From positions 1-49,681 of the forward strand of contig JALAGF010006047.1 in the NCBI GenBank assembly GCA_030167865.1: a stretch of 49,681 nucleotides of DNA. The letters are read 5' to 3'. Source of the DNA: Craspedostauros australis. Lineage: Eukaryota. Position numbers and translations under genes: made by a program. The notes under the pieces are model-generated. The model saw only the letters and a program-made list of their open reading frames with translations. It searched no databases and had not been told where the DNA came from. Positions 1-10,111 of this stretch are shown here, one piece after another (the first letter of the stretch is position 1; each line of letters starts with the position of its first letter).

Positions 1-321
1 GTATGGATTCATTGTTGTTGAACTTGCTGGGATCAAGGTAGCTGAATGACATCTCGTGAGCTTGCATGTTGAGCATGTCCAGACTCTTCGCACGTGATGG
101 TTTCACAGCTGAAGCTTTCGCATCTTTCGCTGTACTTCTATTGGCACTGCTTGGTGTATCTGTGCTGACACTGGCACGACAACCTGATTTTGCAGCTGCT
201 TTGGCCTCTTTTGCAACGCTGGTGGGCTTGCTCGCCTTCGATTTCGTGTCGGCCTGTTGCGGTTGCTTGGTCTCCGTTTGTTTCTCTGCTATCAGTCTGA
301 CACCGTCCTCTTCCAGCAACT
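1..321 (-). CDS. Possible low-complexity coding exon running off the window start
   Basis: A minus frame is open from about 321 to 1 (LLEEDGVRLIAEKQTETKQPQQADTKSKASKP...YLDPSKFNNNESI). It has no in-frame start and no recognisable domain, so it would need an upstream exon. Confidence 0.25.
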
Positions 322-898
322 TCGATCGTCATGATCACATGACCGCACGGGCTGGACGAAGGTTCGAACAGAGTATCTATAAGGCTGGACGCTTTGCTGT
401 GACAACTCCCAGAGTAGATCGTACTCATGGAAGGTTCCATAGTAATACTCATAGTCGTACGACGAGTGGATCAAGGTGCGGAGCAACTGGCGAGCCTTCC
501 CACAGTTCCTCTTGGATGTCGATGACTCATCATCTTGTCTGATTGTTTGTGTTGGTGTTTGCGTCGGTGGTACCAATTGTGAAGGGATACGGCACTGTTG
601 GAGGGGTTGCCATCGCCATCATCATCGTCAAACAGAGTTGCATTGCGCGAAGACAACAGCGAGGTGATGTTCGTTGTGAGTGTTTGTGTGCGTCACTGGT
701 TGAATGAACAACGGATGGCAGACAGACGAGTACTCAACAAACGCGCCAAAAATTCTTGACACCATCCAAACCAACGAATCTTCGATTTTGCGCCCATGAT
801 CCATCAAACAACATCAACACAAAGAGAGCAAGAGAGATGAAATGGTATGAATGTGTTTATATTGATGGAGATATCAGCCAACACTGAGACATTGTCTG

Positions 899-3806
899 TC
901 ACGCGACAAAGAAACGAAGCAATGAAGTAATCAAGCAAGTGGCAGCTGCGCAAAGTATGGCACGCCAACCAGCATCGATGAAGGCGACCATGGCAAGAGA
1001 CGATGATGATGCTGATGATGCCAATGATGATGCCAATGATGATGCCAATGATGGATGACGAGCGGTGACGAACAGCGATCTCAAATGTGGCGCATCGCTC
1101 AGCGACATAAGAAAGGAAGATATCAAACCGACTGCTCCGGAGTAGAGAAGATCTTGGGGCATGGGCAATCGCAGTGCCAACAACAGAACCAACAGCCATG
1201 GCAAGAATGTCATGGCTGTGGCACGGTCTGGGTTCAAGTCTTCAGTGGCAGCGTCATCCATCTCAATCACTTTGGATGATTTGATATTCAAAGAGCGGAC
1301 GAAGTCCACCAATGTCACCTGATCCATGTATGAATCCACTTGTGCTGTACCCTCATCCTCATTGACAACCTTGTACAGCTCCATCATGGACATGCGACTG
1401 TACTCATCATCAATACCATCACTCTCCGCTCCCCCACTGCAAAGGAAATGAATGTCTCCCATCAGTTGCTGGTGTGGAAATAGTTTCTTGAAATCTGGAT
1501 GAGTGAACAGTGTATTCTCATGTTCACCTGCCATTCTCATTGCTGCATCCTTCAACACCAAGCAGTTGTGTTGATCGGCAAATATCAACACATCTATCAT
1601 GGTGTCCTCTGTGAGATGCTTGTGGGTCAATTCTGCTTCAAGAGCAAGCTTGAGTCGCCAAAAGCCGAACTCATTGGCCACAAAGACGAGCTGTTGCAGA
1701 TCGTCCTGTCCATTGAGGGTGTGAGTTGGCTGGTGAGAGGCATCTGCATTGGCGTTGCCATTATGAGTGTTGTCGTCGAAGGATATCTCACCGGTGTAGA
1801 TGCATTGGAGGACATATCGGACGTGTTTTGGTTGAAGGTTGGGGAGAGGGATGGTTGTTTCGATGGGGACCGCGCCGTCTTCGGTGCCATCATTCGCGTG
1901 CTGGTGTTGGATTCCTTTGTTGATCAGTGTCTGAATGGATGGAACAGTGACCGTGAGGACTTCGGAGTTTGCCTTGATTGCTTGTTGGTCGTCCCCTTGT
2001 CCACACAGGAAGGTAATGTCTGCGATGGCCTCAGCACGAATAGCAACGAGACGATCTTGGTCGATGCTGATCTTGAGATGTTGTTTCAGCTGCTGTTTCA
2101 GTTGTTTGTTCTCTTGTTGACTATTCGAGAGCGTGTGCTGCATTTCTTCCTTCTGCTGTTTCAGTTGTTTGTTCTCCTGCTCATTCTCTTTCAACTGCTG
2201 CTGCAGTTGTGAGTTGCAGCGACTCAGATGTGTGAGACGGTTTATCTTGATTTGAAGTGTTGCATCGATCATATCGAGGGGGGTTTTGTTGTCTTTGTTT
2301 TTAATGTAGGTATCGGCATTGGCTGATGCAACGAGGTACGCAACACACTCCAGGTGGCCTTTGGAGCATGCCCAATGAAGGGGAGTCCAACCATTGTTGT
2401 CTTTGCAGTTGATGTCCGCCTCACATGATTTGATGAGGTACTTGGCACACTCCAGGTGGCCGTTGCAGCATGCCAGATGAAGGGGAGTGGAACCATACTT
2501 GTTTTTGCAGTTGATGTCCGCCTCACATGATTCGATGAGGTACTTGACACACTCCAGCTGGCCGTTCCAGCATGCATCATGAAGGGGAGTGTCACCATCG
2601 TTGTCTTTGCGGCTGATGTCCGCCTCACATGATTCGATGAGGTACTTGACACACTCTAGGTGGCCGTTGTAGCATGCCCGATGAAGGGGAGTGGAACCAT
2701 CGTTGTTTTTGCAGTTGATGTCCGCCTCACATGATTCGATGAGGTACTTGACACACTCCAGGTGGCCGTTCCAGCATGCATCATGAAGGGGAGTCCAACC
2801 ATTGTTGTTTTTGCAGCTGATGTCCGCCTCACATGATTCGATGAGGTACTTGACACACTCCAGGTGGCCGTTGTAGCATGCCAGATGAAGGGGAGTGGAA
2901 CCATACTTGTTTTTGCAGTTGATGTCCGCCTCACATGATTCGATGAGGTACTTGACACACTCCAGGTGGCCGTTCCAGCATGCATCATGAAGGGGAGTGT
3001 CACCAGAGTTGTCTTTGCAGCTGATGTCCGCCTCACATGATTCGATGAGGTACTTGACACACTCCAGCTGGCCGTTGTAGCATGCCCGATGAAGGGGAGT
3101 CCTGTCGCGACATGGGTTATAAGCGTTAATTTCTTGTGTTCATGCAGGGCGTGGACTGGCTCCGTGGTTCGATTCCGCAGCGCGCTATTTTAACATGGTA
3201 GCGTGGCCTAAGGTTCGATTCCGTCGGCTGGTACCCACCCCTGCNNNNNNNNNNNNNNNNNNNNNNNNNNNNNNNNNNNNNNNNNNNNNNNNNNNNNNNN
3301 NNNNNNNNNNNNNNNNNNNNNNNNNNNNNNNNNNNNNNNNNNNNNNNNNNNNNNNNNNNNNNNNNNNNNNNNNNNNATGGGTTATAAGCGTTAATTTCTT
3401 GTGTTCATGCAGGGCGTGGACTGGCTCCGTGGTTCGATTCCGCAGCGCGCTATTTTAACAGAGTCCAACCATCGTTGTTTTTGCAGTTGATGTCCGCCTC
3501 ACATGATTCGATGAGGTACTTGACACACTCCAGCTGGCCATTGTAGCATGCCCGATGAAGGGGAGTGGAACCATCGTTGTCTTTGCAGTTGATGTCCGCC
3601 TCACATGATTCGATGAGGTACTTGACACACTCCAGGTGGCCGTTGTAGCATGCCAGATGAAGGGGAGTCATACCAATCCTGTCTGTAACCTTGTTGACAT
3701 CAACTCCTTCGTTCTGTGCCTCGTTCTGCTTCTTCCATTCCTTCAACACCCACAAGTGACCTGCCCAGGTAGCATCAATGAGTTGTTTGTTTGTGACATT
3801 CGGCAT
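899..3806 (-). CDS. Ankyrin-repeat + coiled-coil + BTB/POZ(-BACK-like) protein, interrupted by an LTR-type insertion at 3103-3460
   Basis: ATG at 3806 (MPNVTNKQLIDA...). Ten TPLHxACxNGxLECVKYLIESCEADI ankyrin units. The frame is open from 3102 through ...KNKDNKTPLDMIDATLQ into ORF 899..2272. That ORF has a QLKQQ coiled coil and BTB hallmarks (ADITFLC, HVRYVLQCIYTGEI, LVFVANEFGFWRLK, VLIFADQHNCLVLKDAAM). Confidence 0.88.
3103..3460 (+). mobile_element. Short-LTR retroelement (TRIM-like) with 93-bp TG...CA LTRs, a PBS and a 6-bp TSD; interior partly in an N gap
   Basis: LTR1 is 3103-3195 (TGTCGCGACA...TTTTAACA). The visible part of LTR2 (3377-3460) is identical. PBS-like TGGTAGCG follows LTR1 directly at 3196. 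GAGTCC is duplicated at 3097-3102 and 3461-3466, and sister repeats show the empty site GAAGGG-GAGTCC-AACC. Ns at 3245-3376 leave the true length unknown. Confidence 0.88.
3146..3191 (+). ncRNA. Putative Pol III tRNA-like minihelix (acceptor stem + T arm) inside the LTR
   Basis: TATAA at 3118-3122. AGGGCGT (3146-3152) can pair with GCGCGCT (3180-3186) with one mismatch. T arm CGTGG-TTCGATT-CCGCA contains a perfect B box GGTTCGATTCC (3166-3176). Discriminator-like A3187 is followed by TTTT. The structure is inferred and expression is unknown. Confidence 0.4.
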
Positions 3807-4451
3807 TTTGAGAGGATGGTCGGTGGTTGGTGGTCTTTTGGCGTTGGATTGACTGTCGAGGAAGTGTTTCGTCTGAGCTATCTATGGCAGAGATATCGAT
3901 GGTGATGTCTTCACTGGCTTGTATTAGTATGAGTACCATGCACTGTGTGATGAATATGAGTGGCAATTCGATGTCTGTTGTCGATGTGCTCGAGTATGGG
4001 GTTGAATGGTGTTTGTTGTTGTTTTGAGGTTTTGTTCGGATGGTCCTCCGGTTTCTCTCCTCGTCTCTCTCTCTCTTTCCTTGTGCGCGGGTATCTTTGT
4101 GTTCGTCTGTGTTTGCTTCCTTCTCTTGATCGCACCCTTCTGGTTCGTGTGGGATCTTCACGTTTCTCCAATCCAACACGATTGACGGCAAGACCATTGT
4201 TTGGATTGATAGTTCGGAGACAACTTGCGGCATCTTGTGCTGTGCTGGATCCAAAACAGCGAGAGAGCGATGCGGGCATCACATCACCTTGTTCGCAGGT
4301 CATGACATCACACATCACATCTCGCGTTGCTGCACCATTGTTGCATCGCTGCTGCATTCCATACCATCATACTCACAGAGAGATGGCATTGTGATCAGGA
4401 AAGACATTTCAGAGTGCTACAACCCAGAACAATCAGAAGGACGGATCGACG

Positions 4452-6262
4452 ATGAGAGAATCGAAGGAGACGATGAAGATGCCGTTGTTGGTGGGTCTTT
4501 TTGCAGCGGCCTCTTTGGCTGCTACAGCGGATGCGTTCGTCGTGCCTCCATCTGGTGGTCGGACAGCGTTCACAGCACAGCAAAACAGGGAGTCGAGCAG
4601 CTCTCGTCTGTTTGCCGACAAGATGAGCAAGGAGGAGATCAAGGCGCAGCTGCAGGAGTATCTCAAGAAGCGCAAAGAGCTCAACGCCGATGAGGAGGCC
4701 AAAAAGTGAGCATCCGCTTGTGTTCTTGCTTCATCATGACTTTGCTTCGCTTGGCTTAGCTCGGCATGGCATGGTATTCCTGCATGCATTTGCCTGCATT
4801 ATATTTATTAGATGCACCATTGTATGCAATTGCATGCAATGCAGCTCGAAGCTCCAACATGGACATCTCACAAAGTTTCGTTTCGTGTCTTGCTGCGATG
4901 TCAATATGGACTGTCCTATTCTATTCCACAATGCTCTGTCCATACATGCAAACATACATATGCACCACAATTCTCATCAATTGCAATGCTTGCATGTCAG
5001 GGAGAAAGGCAAGGTTGTGGGCGGTACGCAAGGCAACAAGGTGCTGGAGTACGTCTCCGGTGCACCTGTCAAAGAGCTTGTGATTGATCGCGTTCCCAAC
5101 ATCTTCGATTATGATCAACTCTCCAAGTATGGGTACTCGGTACGTCCATTCATTGGATGTATTCATGTGTGCATGTGGTTCCGAAAGTTGTTGGGCTGCA
5201 CAGCATTCGTGCCAATGTGGGTGTCGCAGGGAGGAGCAATGGAAGCACATGATGCACTGTCATCGGAATTGCTGCTGCCGTATGCAACGCACTTCTTGTG
5301 CTGACTTGAAACTGTGCGGAAGCATGATGCGAGTTCGCTCACTCACTCAACGAAACCGAACCAAATCAAACCAAATGACTGTGATTATATTTTCGTTGCA
5401 ACCTCGGTATGGAACTTGTACCATGCCACGCATATCGCACCACATGCAACGTACAACGCACAACGTGCGACAGTCCCTCGTCACCCCCATCATGAACATG
5501 GGCGGACGCCCGGCGGTATACGAGCTGATGGAGATGGACGCACCAGCGGTGCCACCACCGCCACCGCCCAAGAAGTTTACCAAGCTCGTCATTGACCGCA
5601 AGGGCGAGAACGATCCCGCGCGATACTCCGGACTCAAGATGGGACAGGTGATGGATGACGACGTCATGGCAGAAGCCTTGGCCAATGCCAACGCCAAAGT
5701 CAAGCTGGGCGAACGCTTGCGTCCCGTCCTGGAGGAGGAAAAGTACGTCGCGCCCTTCGCTGACAAACGCAATACGAGCCCCGCGCAGACGCCCAACTGG
5801 ACGCCGGAATCGCTCGACGAGTACGGCAGGCAGATGGGCAAGGCGCAGGACTGGGCGCGCAAGGCCAAGATGGGACGCTTCGTGTCGGACCCGTACGAAA
5901 CGATGGACTTGAGCGCCTCGTTCCGCGCCTATTTCCTCAGCGTCATGTTCCTGTTCGCTTTTGCGTTTGGCCGATCGACGCCAACATTGCTGGGCGATTT
6001 CCTGCACATGTCGGACACGACCTCATTGCCGCAGGCGTTGCAGGCGCCCGCATTGGTGTTGACATTGGCGAGCATCGGGTCGTCCGTGGTGTGCGGTGCG
6101 CTGTTTGCCTCCGACCTCAATCGCAGCAAGTGGGTGTGGGGCATGAAAGGTCTCATCGGCGGTCCATTGGCCATCTCTCAAATACGCGGACTGGATAAGT
6201 TGGTGACCTACGCGGAGCAGGAAGAGGACGACAAACAGCAACGACAGCAGGCATCACAGTAA
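4452..6262 (+). CDS. Plastid-targeted membrane protein of unknown function (3 exons)
   Basis: Exons are 4452(or 4473)-4705, 5001-5139 and 5474-6262, joined in frame by GTGAG..CAG and GTACGT..CAG introns (…EEAKK-EKGKVVGG…KYGYS-SLVTPIM…). The N-terminus LLVGLFAAASLAATADA-FVVP is a diatom bipartite plastid signal. C-terminal TM segments are present. Confidence 0.8.
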
Positions 6263-6570
6263 CAGATGCGATTGCGGTAAGCTATCTCGCTGCATGCATG
6301 TCCTCGTACACCATTGAACATGATTGCACGTAACGATGTGCCAGAACAACAACAAGACAAACATTAGGAAAGCCTTAATACATTCTTTGCATTTCACGAC
6401 ATTGCGCTTGACTCTACTCTATCGTGCCGAAGTGCAAAGTGGAGCGCCATACTCGACTTGTTCTTGTATGCAAACAATGCGCAATGATGTAATTGTGAAA
6501 TTGTATTCTATCGTTATGCACCTGTGCGGTGATCGAAGTATAGTACTGTTGAAGTGAAATATTCTTTTGA

Positions 6571-6596
6571 ATGGATGGATGGATGGATGGATGGAT
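6571..6596. repeat. (ATGG)n microsatellite
   Basis: Six ATGG units between two convergent genes. Confidence 0.9.
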
Positions 6597-6611
6597 TGGA
6601 AATTGAGCCGA

Positions 6612-8768
6612 TTACGGCGCGACGGGTGCCTTGACCCCATTCTTGATTTGCACGTTGGCTGCAGTGATATTGTTGCTGACTTCGTCATCGCTGCTCATGT
6701 CGAGGTAAATGTTGGCGGAATGTATCGTGGAGGTGGACTCGAGCATGGTCTTGAGATCGTCCGTCTTGCGTTTGGCTTGCGCGATGGTGATGTATTGCGA
6801 TGGCGAAAGGCGCAAAGTGACATCGACGTGGATGTTGATAGTGTGGTGGTAGTTGACGACGACGTTCTGCACTGAGACATGATCATCCGAGGCGAGTTGG
6901 TTCGTGACGATCTGCTGGACTTCGAGGGAGGACGGCACCGATGATGCGTCACGTTCCAATAGCAGCGGGCAAATGACGCCGGCCGCCGTGGTCTGGTCAT
7001 CGAGCGGTTTTCCATCGGCGCCTAGTTCCTGATCGTACATGAGAGGCTGCGCACGCACATCGGCATCCATGAGTCCCGAAACTCGTCGAAAGAGCTTCGA
7101 TTTGATGCGCTCCTCGACGGTGCGGACGGCGGAACCGGAGAGTCCCTTGGTGGTGGCGAGCTGGACGTCGATGATGGCCGAGGATCCGACCTGTCTGGCG
7201 CGGACGCGGTTGATGGCCGCGACGTCGTCCTCCGGGTCGTTGACGGACTCCTGTAGGACCTTGTGCACGTGATGCGTGAGCTCCTCGTTGGTGCTGTCGG
7301 ACAGCTGCTTGATGGATTCGCCTAGGATTTCGATGCCGGTGAGTGAGATCATGCCGGCCACAAGGAGTCCCGCTGCGGCGTCGGCCCACACGAGGGAGGG
7401 AACGGCGATGGCAAAGCCGATGCTGATGAGTGCGAGGACGCTGGAGTACGCGTCGGATCTATGGTGCCAGGCGTTGGCGATGACGACCTGTGAGTTGATG
7501 CGCTCCCCTACCTTCCTGGTGATGCGGAAGAGCCATTCCTTGGAGAGGATGGAGAGACCCGCCATGAGCAGCGCCGGTGGTTTGGGGACGCGCAAGAGCT
7601 TGGATGCGGCAGCGGTGGTGGTTGCGGCAGCGGTCCCGCGCTGCAGCTGGAGGATGGAGTAGAGCTCCTTGTTCGCCAATGCGCCGACGGAAACGCCAGT
7701 GCCGAGAAGGGTGAGCGCCAGGAAGAGACTGCCGATGGCCTCGAACTTTCCGTGGCCGTATGGATGATCATCGTCAGGTGGGAGACGCGCGATCTGCACG
7801 CTGTAGAGGGTGACGAAGTCTGAAAAGAGGTCGCTGAGGGAGTGACCAGCATCGGCGATGAGCGCGGATGAATGACACGTGATGCCCACGGCGAATTTCC
7901 CAGCACTGAGGAGGAGGTTGATGAAGACGCCGATCCACGTGACCTGATCGGCCGCGTTGTTGGTTCGGAAGATGCGGCTCCAGACGTTGGAATCGGTGTT
8001 GCCTGCGGCCATGGCGTTGCCGGATGACTGTTGCGATGGCGTTGCTGCCGCAGCTGCAGCTGTTGCAGATTGGCCATGATTGTGACTATGACTGTGGGTG
8101 TGCATCTGCTGCTGCATTGGGGAATGCTTGACGAGACCATCCCTCCAGAGCTTCATCTTGTCCATGCCCGACTTGACGCTCGCTTTGATGGTGCCCATGG
8201 CGGCAAGGAGAGTGGAGGTGAGGACGAAGGCACCCCAGTTGGCGCTGGTGAGCGACCGATTTCTGAGCACAGCAGCAGGTCCCAGGGTGCAGAGAGCCGA
8301 GAAAAGCACGAGGGCCGCTTGGAACCGGCGCTTGCGAGCCACTGCGGTGGGGTCCTTGATTGCTGCTGCGCTGGCTCCGCCATGACCGTCAGTTTGGCTA
8401 TGGCCGTGACTTTGGCTGTGGCCATGCTCGTGGTGATGGTGGCTGTGGCTGTGGCCAAAGTGCATGTTGAGGGAGCTTCTGCTTCCACTGTTGTTGCCGC
8501 TGTTGTTGTCACTGTTGTTGCCGTGTGGGCGCCAGGCACACGCCTTTGCTTGATTTCGATTGCAGAAGGAGCTGTGCGATAGCCGAGGCGCGAGGGATGC
8601 CTGCGACCACGATTGCGTATTCATCTGCATCCGCATTTGTGGTTGCCTCTGAGATGGCAGTTGAGATGGCATTTGAGTGGAAGAGAGCGACAGAGCAGCG
8701 GCTGTGTCCATGGAGACAAGCACGGTGCACGCCACCATGGCGATCGTTGCAGGTCGTCGCGTAATCAT
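6612..8768 (-). CDS. Cation diffusion facilitator (CDF; FieF/MTP6-like Fe/Zn transporter) with His-rich N-terminal extension
   Basis: CDF signatures SSALIADAGHSLSD, PPDDDHPYGHGKFEA and ANAWHHRSDAYSS; C-terminal dimerisation domain (RVRARQVGSSAIIDV); likely start MITRRPAT at 8768 followed by a signal peptide. Confidence 0.93.
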   Translation of the reverse strand: MITRRPATIAMVACTVLVSMDTAAALSLSSTQMPSQLPSQRQPQMRMQMNTQSWSQASLAPRLSHSSFCNRNQAKACAWRPHGNNSDNNSGNNSGSRSSLNMHFGHSHSHHHHEHGHSQSHGHSQTDGHGGASAAAIKDPTAVARKRRFQAALVLFSALCTLGPAAVLRNRSLTSANWGAFVLTSTLLAAMGTIKASVKSGMDKMKLWRDGLVKHSPMQQQMHTHSHSHNHGQSATAAAAAATPSQQSSGNAMAAGNTDSNVWSRIFRTNNAADQVTWIGVFINLLLSAGKFAVGITCHSSALIADAGHSLSDLFSDFVTLYSVQIARLPPDDDHPYGHGKFEAIGSLFLALTLLGTGVSVGALANKELYSILQLQRGTAAATTTAAASKLLRVPKPPALLMAGLSILSKEWLFRITRKVGERINSQVVIANAWHHRSDAYSSVLALISIGFAIAVPSLVWADAAAGLLVAGMISLTGIEILGESIKQLSDSTNEELTHHVHKVLQESVNDPEDDVAAINRVRARQVGSSAIIDVQLATTKGLSGSAVRTVEERIKSKLFRRVSGLMDADVRAQPLMYDQELGADGKPLDDQTTAAGVICPLLLERDASSVPSSLEVQQIVTNQLASDDHVSVQNVVVNYHHTINIHVDVTLRLSPSQYITIAQAKRKTDDLKTMLESTSTIHSANIYLDMSSDDEVSNNITAANVQIKNGVKAPVAP

Positions 8769-8920
8769 CTTTTTCGTTTGAGTTTTAATTTGTGTGAATA
8801 CTCGTATTGATGACGCAAGCAGAGCTCCAAACTCCAATTGAATTGAATCGAATAGTAGAACCGAATCCAATGCAAATGAGTCAGACTGAGTTGGATGGGA
8901 TTGAGCTGCAGACGGGGCTG

Positions 8921-8953
8921 TATGGTATGGTATGGTATGGTATGGTATGGTAT
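8921..8953. repeat. (TATGG)n microsatellite
   Basis: About 6.5 TATGG units upstream of the CDF gene. Confidence 0.9.
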
Positions 8954-10111
8954 TACACCTCTATGACAGCAATAGAGCCGCAGTATCGTGCGCGTAGAGA
9001 AGTAGCGAGTGCTGGTGCGAGTATGGTATGGTGATGTGGGCCTGATTGTTGTCTCTTGGTTGGCCGGGGTTTCTCGTTTCTTCTTCTGCAAGTAGCTCGC
9101 TTTTGCTGTGCTTCAAGAGGCAGACTCAATCCGTGTGTTGACGTCCTGGCGTCCTTGATGTCCTTGATGTCTTGTGCGGTGTCACCAATCTCCTGTGGAT
9201 TCCTTCGCTCCTTTTCTGTCACTTTCTGTGGTGTGTTGTTGTTGTGATGGAATGAAGTCCTGTGATGATGTCACCAACTGCGCTGCTCCGCGTCGCCTTC
9301 AGTATCGTGGTGCGCCTGATCGTTGTTGTTACAGCTGCTATCGTCTTCTTGACTGCTCTGTCCTCTGTATCGCTATGAACTTCGTTGATGTTGCGCCAAG
9401 CTGCACCAACAGTTGCTTCACAACAGAGTACCGATGGAGTTGAGTTGAGTTGGGTGGTCTCGTCTCGTTTGATTTTGTGGATGTCAGCTTCGGCGTAGTT
9501 TTTCACTCTCTTGTGTCTGTTGTGCCTTGTTTTGTGCGCAGCCATGATGTCTTTGTTTCTGTTCTCTCTGTTCCCCCTTGTTGAATGTGATCTGTGCTTG
9601 ATGGTCGAGGAATCTTCTTCGCTTTTCTTTGCGCAATCTGGTTGGCGCCAAACGGAATCTTCTTCACCTTGGCGAACTGGAATTCCATTTCAGCGTGATA
9701 CGAAGCACACAAAAAGGGAATTTCGATGTCCGCGCGTGCGTTGCGCGTGATGTGCGCGTGTCTGCAGCGCAAGCGCATGGGCGCGATGCAAGGGCGCATG
9801 CTGCGAACAACACGCCGCTTCGCTTCTCGTTTCTTGTCATCGGATGGTGCTGTCTGTTGTTCTCTTTGGTCATCTCTTCTGGTTCGGCTTTGCGATTGTA
9901 TCCAGTGTTCCAGTTGCAAACATGGAAGTGCAAGAGCTTTGGCTGCCTCTCTCCAGAGAGAAAGATTGTTGTAGAGTGTGGGAGAAGTGATCCAACTGTC
10001 TCAAACACACACATACATGCATACGCAGATCGCACACGACACAAGCAGAACCACTTTTGCACGGCAAGCCTCAACCACAACTCCAATAACATCGACTAAT
10101 TACGCTACATT

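Larger units (their letters stand above)
2330..3670 (-). repeat. Tandem 102-bp (34-aa) near-identical ankyrin-coding repeats, 10 units
   Basis: The GAAGGGGAGT anchor recurs at 2377, 2479, 2581, 2683, 2785, 2887, 2989, 3091, 3557 and 3659. Spacing is 102 bp, except 466 = 102 + 358 (insert) + 6 (TSD). Confidence 0.95.

Noticed and set aside
2269..3060. ORFs 2269..2652 and 2656..3060 (MSSTSSNHVRRT repeats)
   Set aside because: These are alternative-frame translations of the ankyrin array. The real frame lacks internal start codons and so is missing from the ORF track.
3146..3238. A canonical tRNA gene
   Set aside because: There is no D arm or anticodon arm; only acceptor and T-arm-like parts inside an LTR.
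2330..3670. Regular repeats with variable intervals resembling a CRISPR array
   Set aside because: The period is exactly 34 codons, the units translate as ankyrin repeats, the variable parts are homologous to each other, and there are no cas genes in this eukaryotic context.
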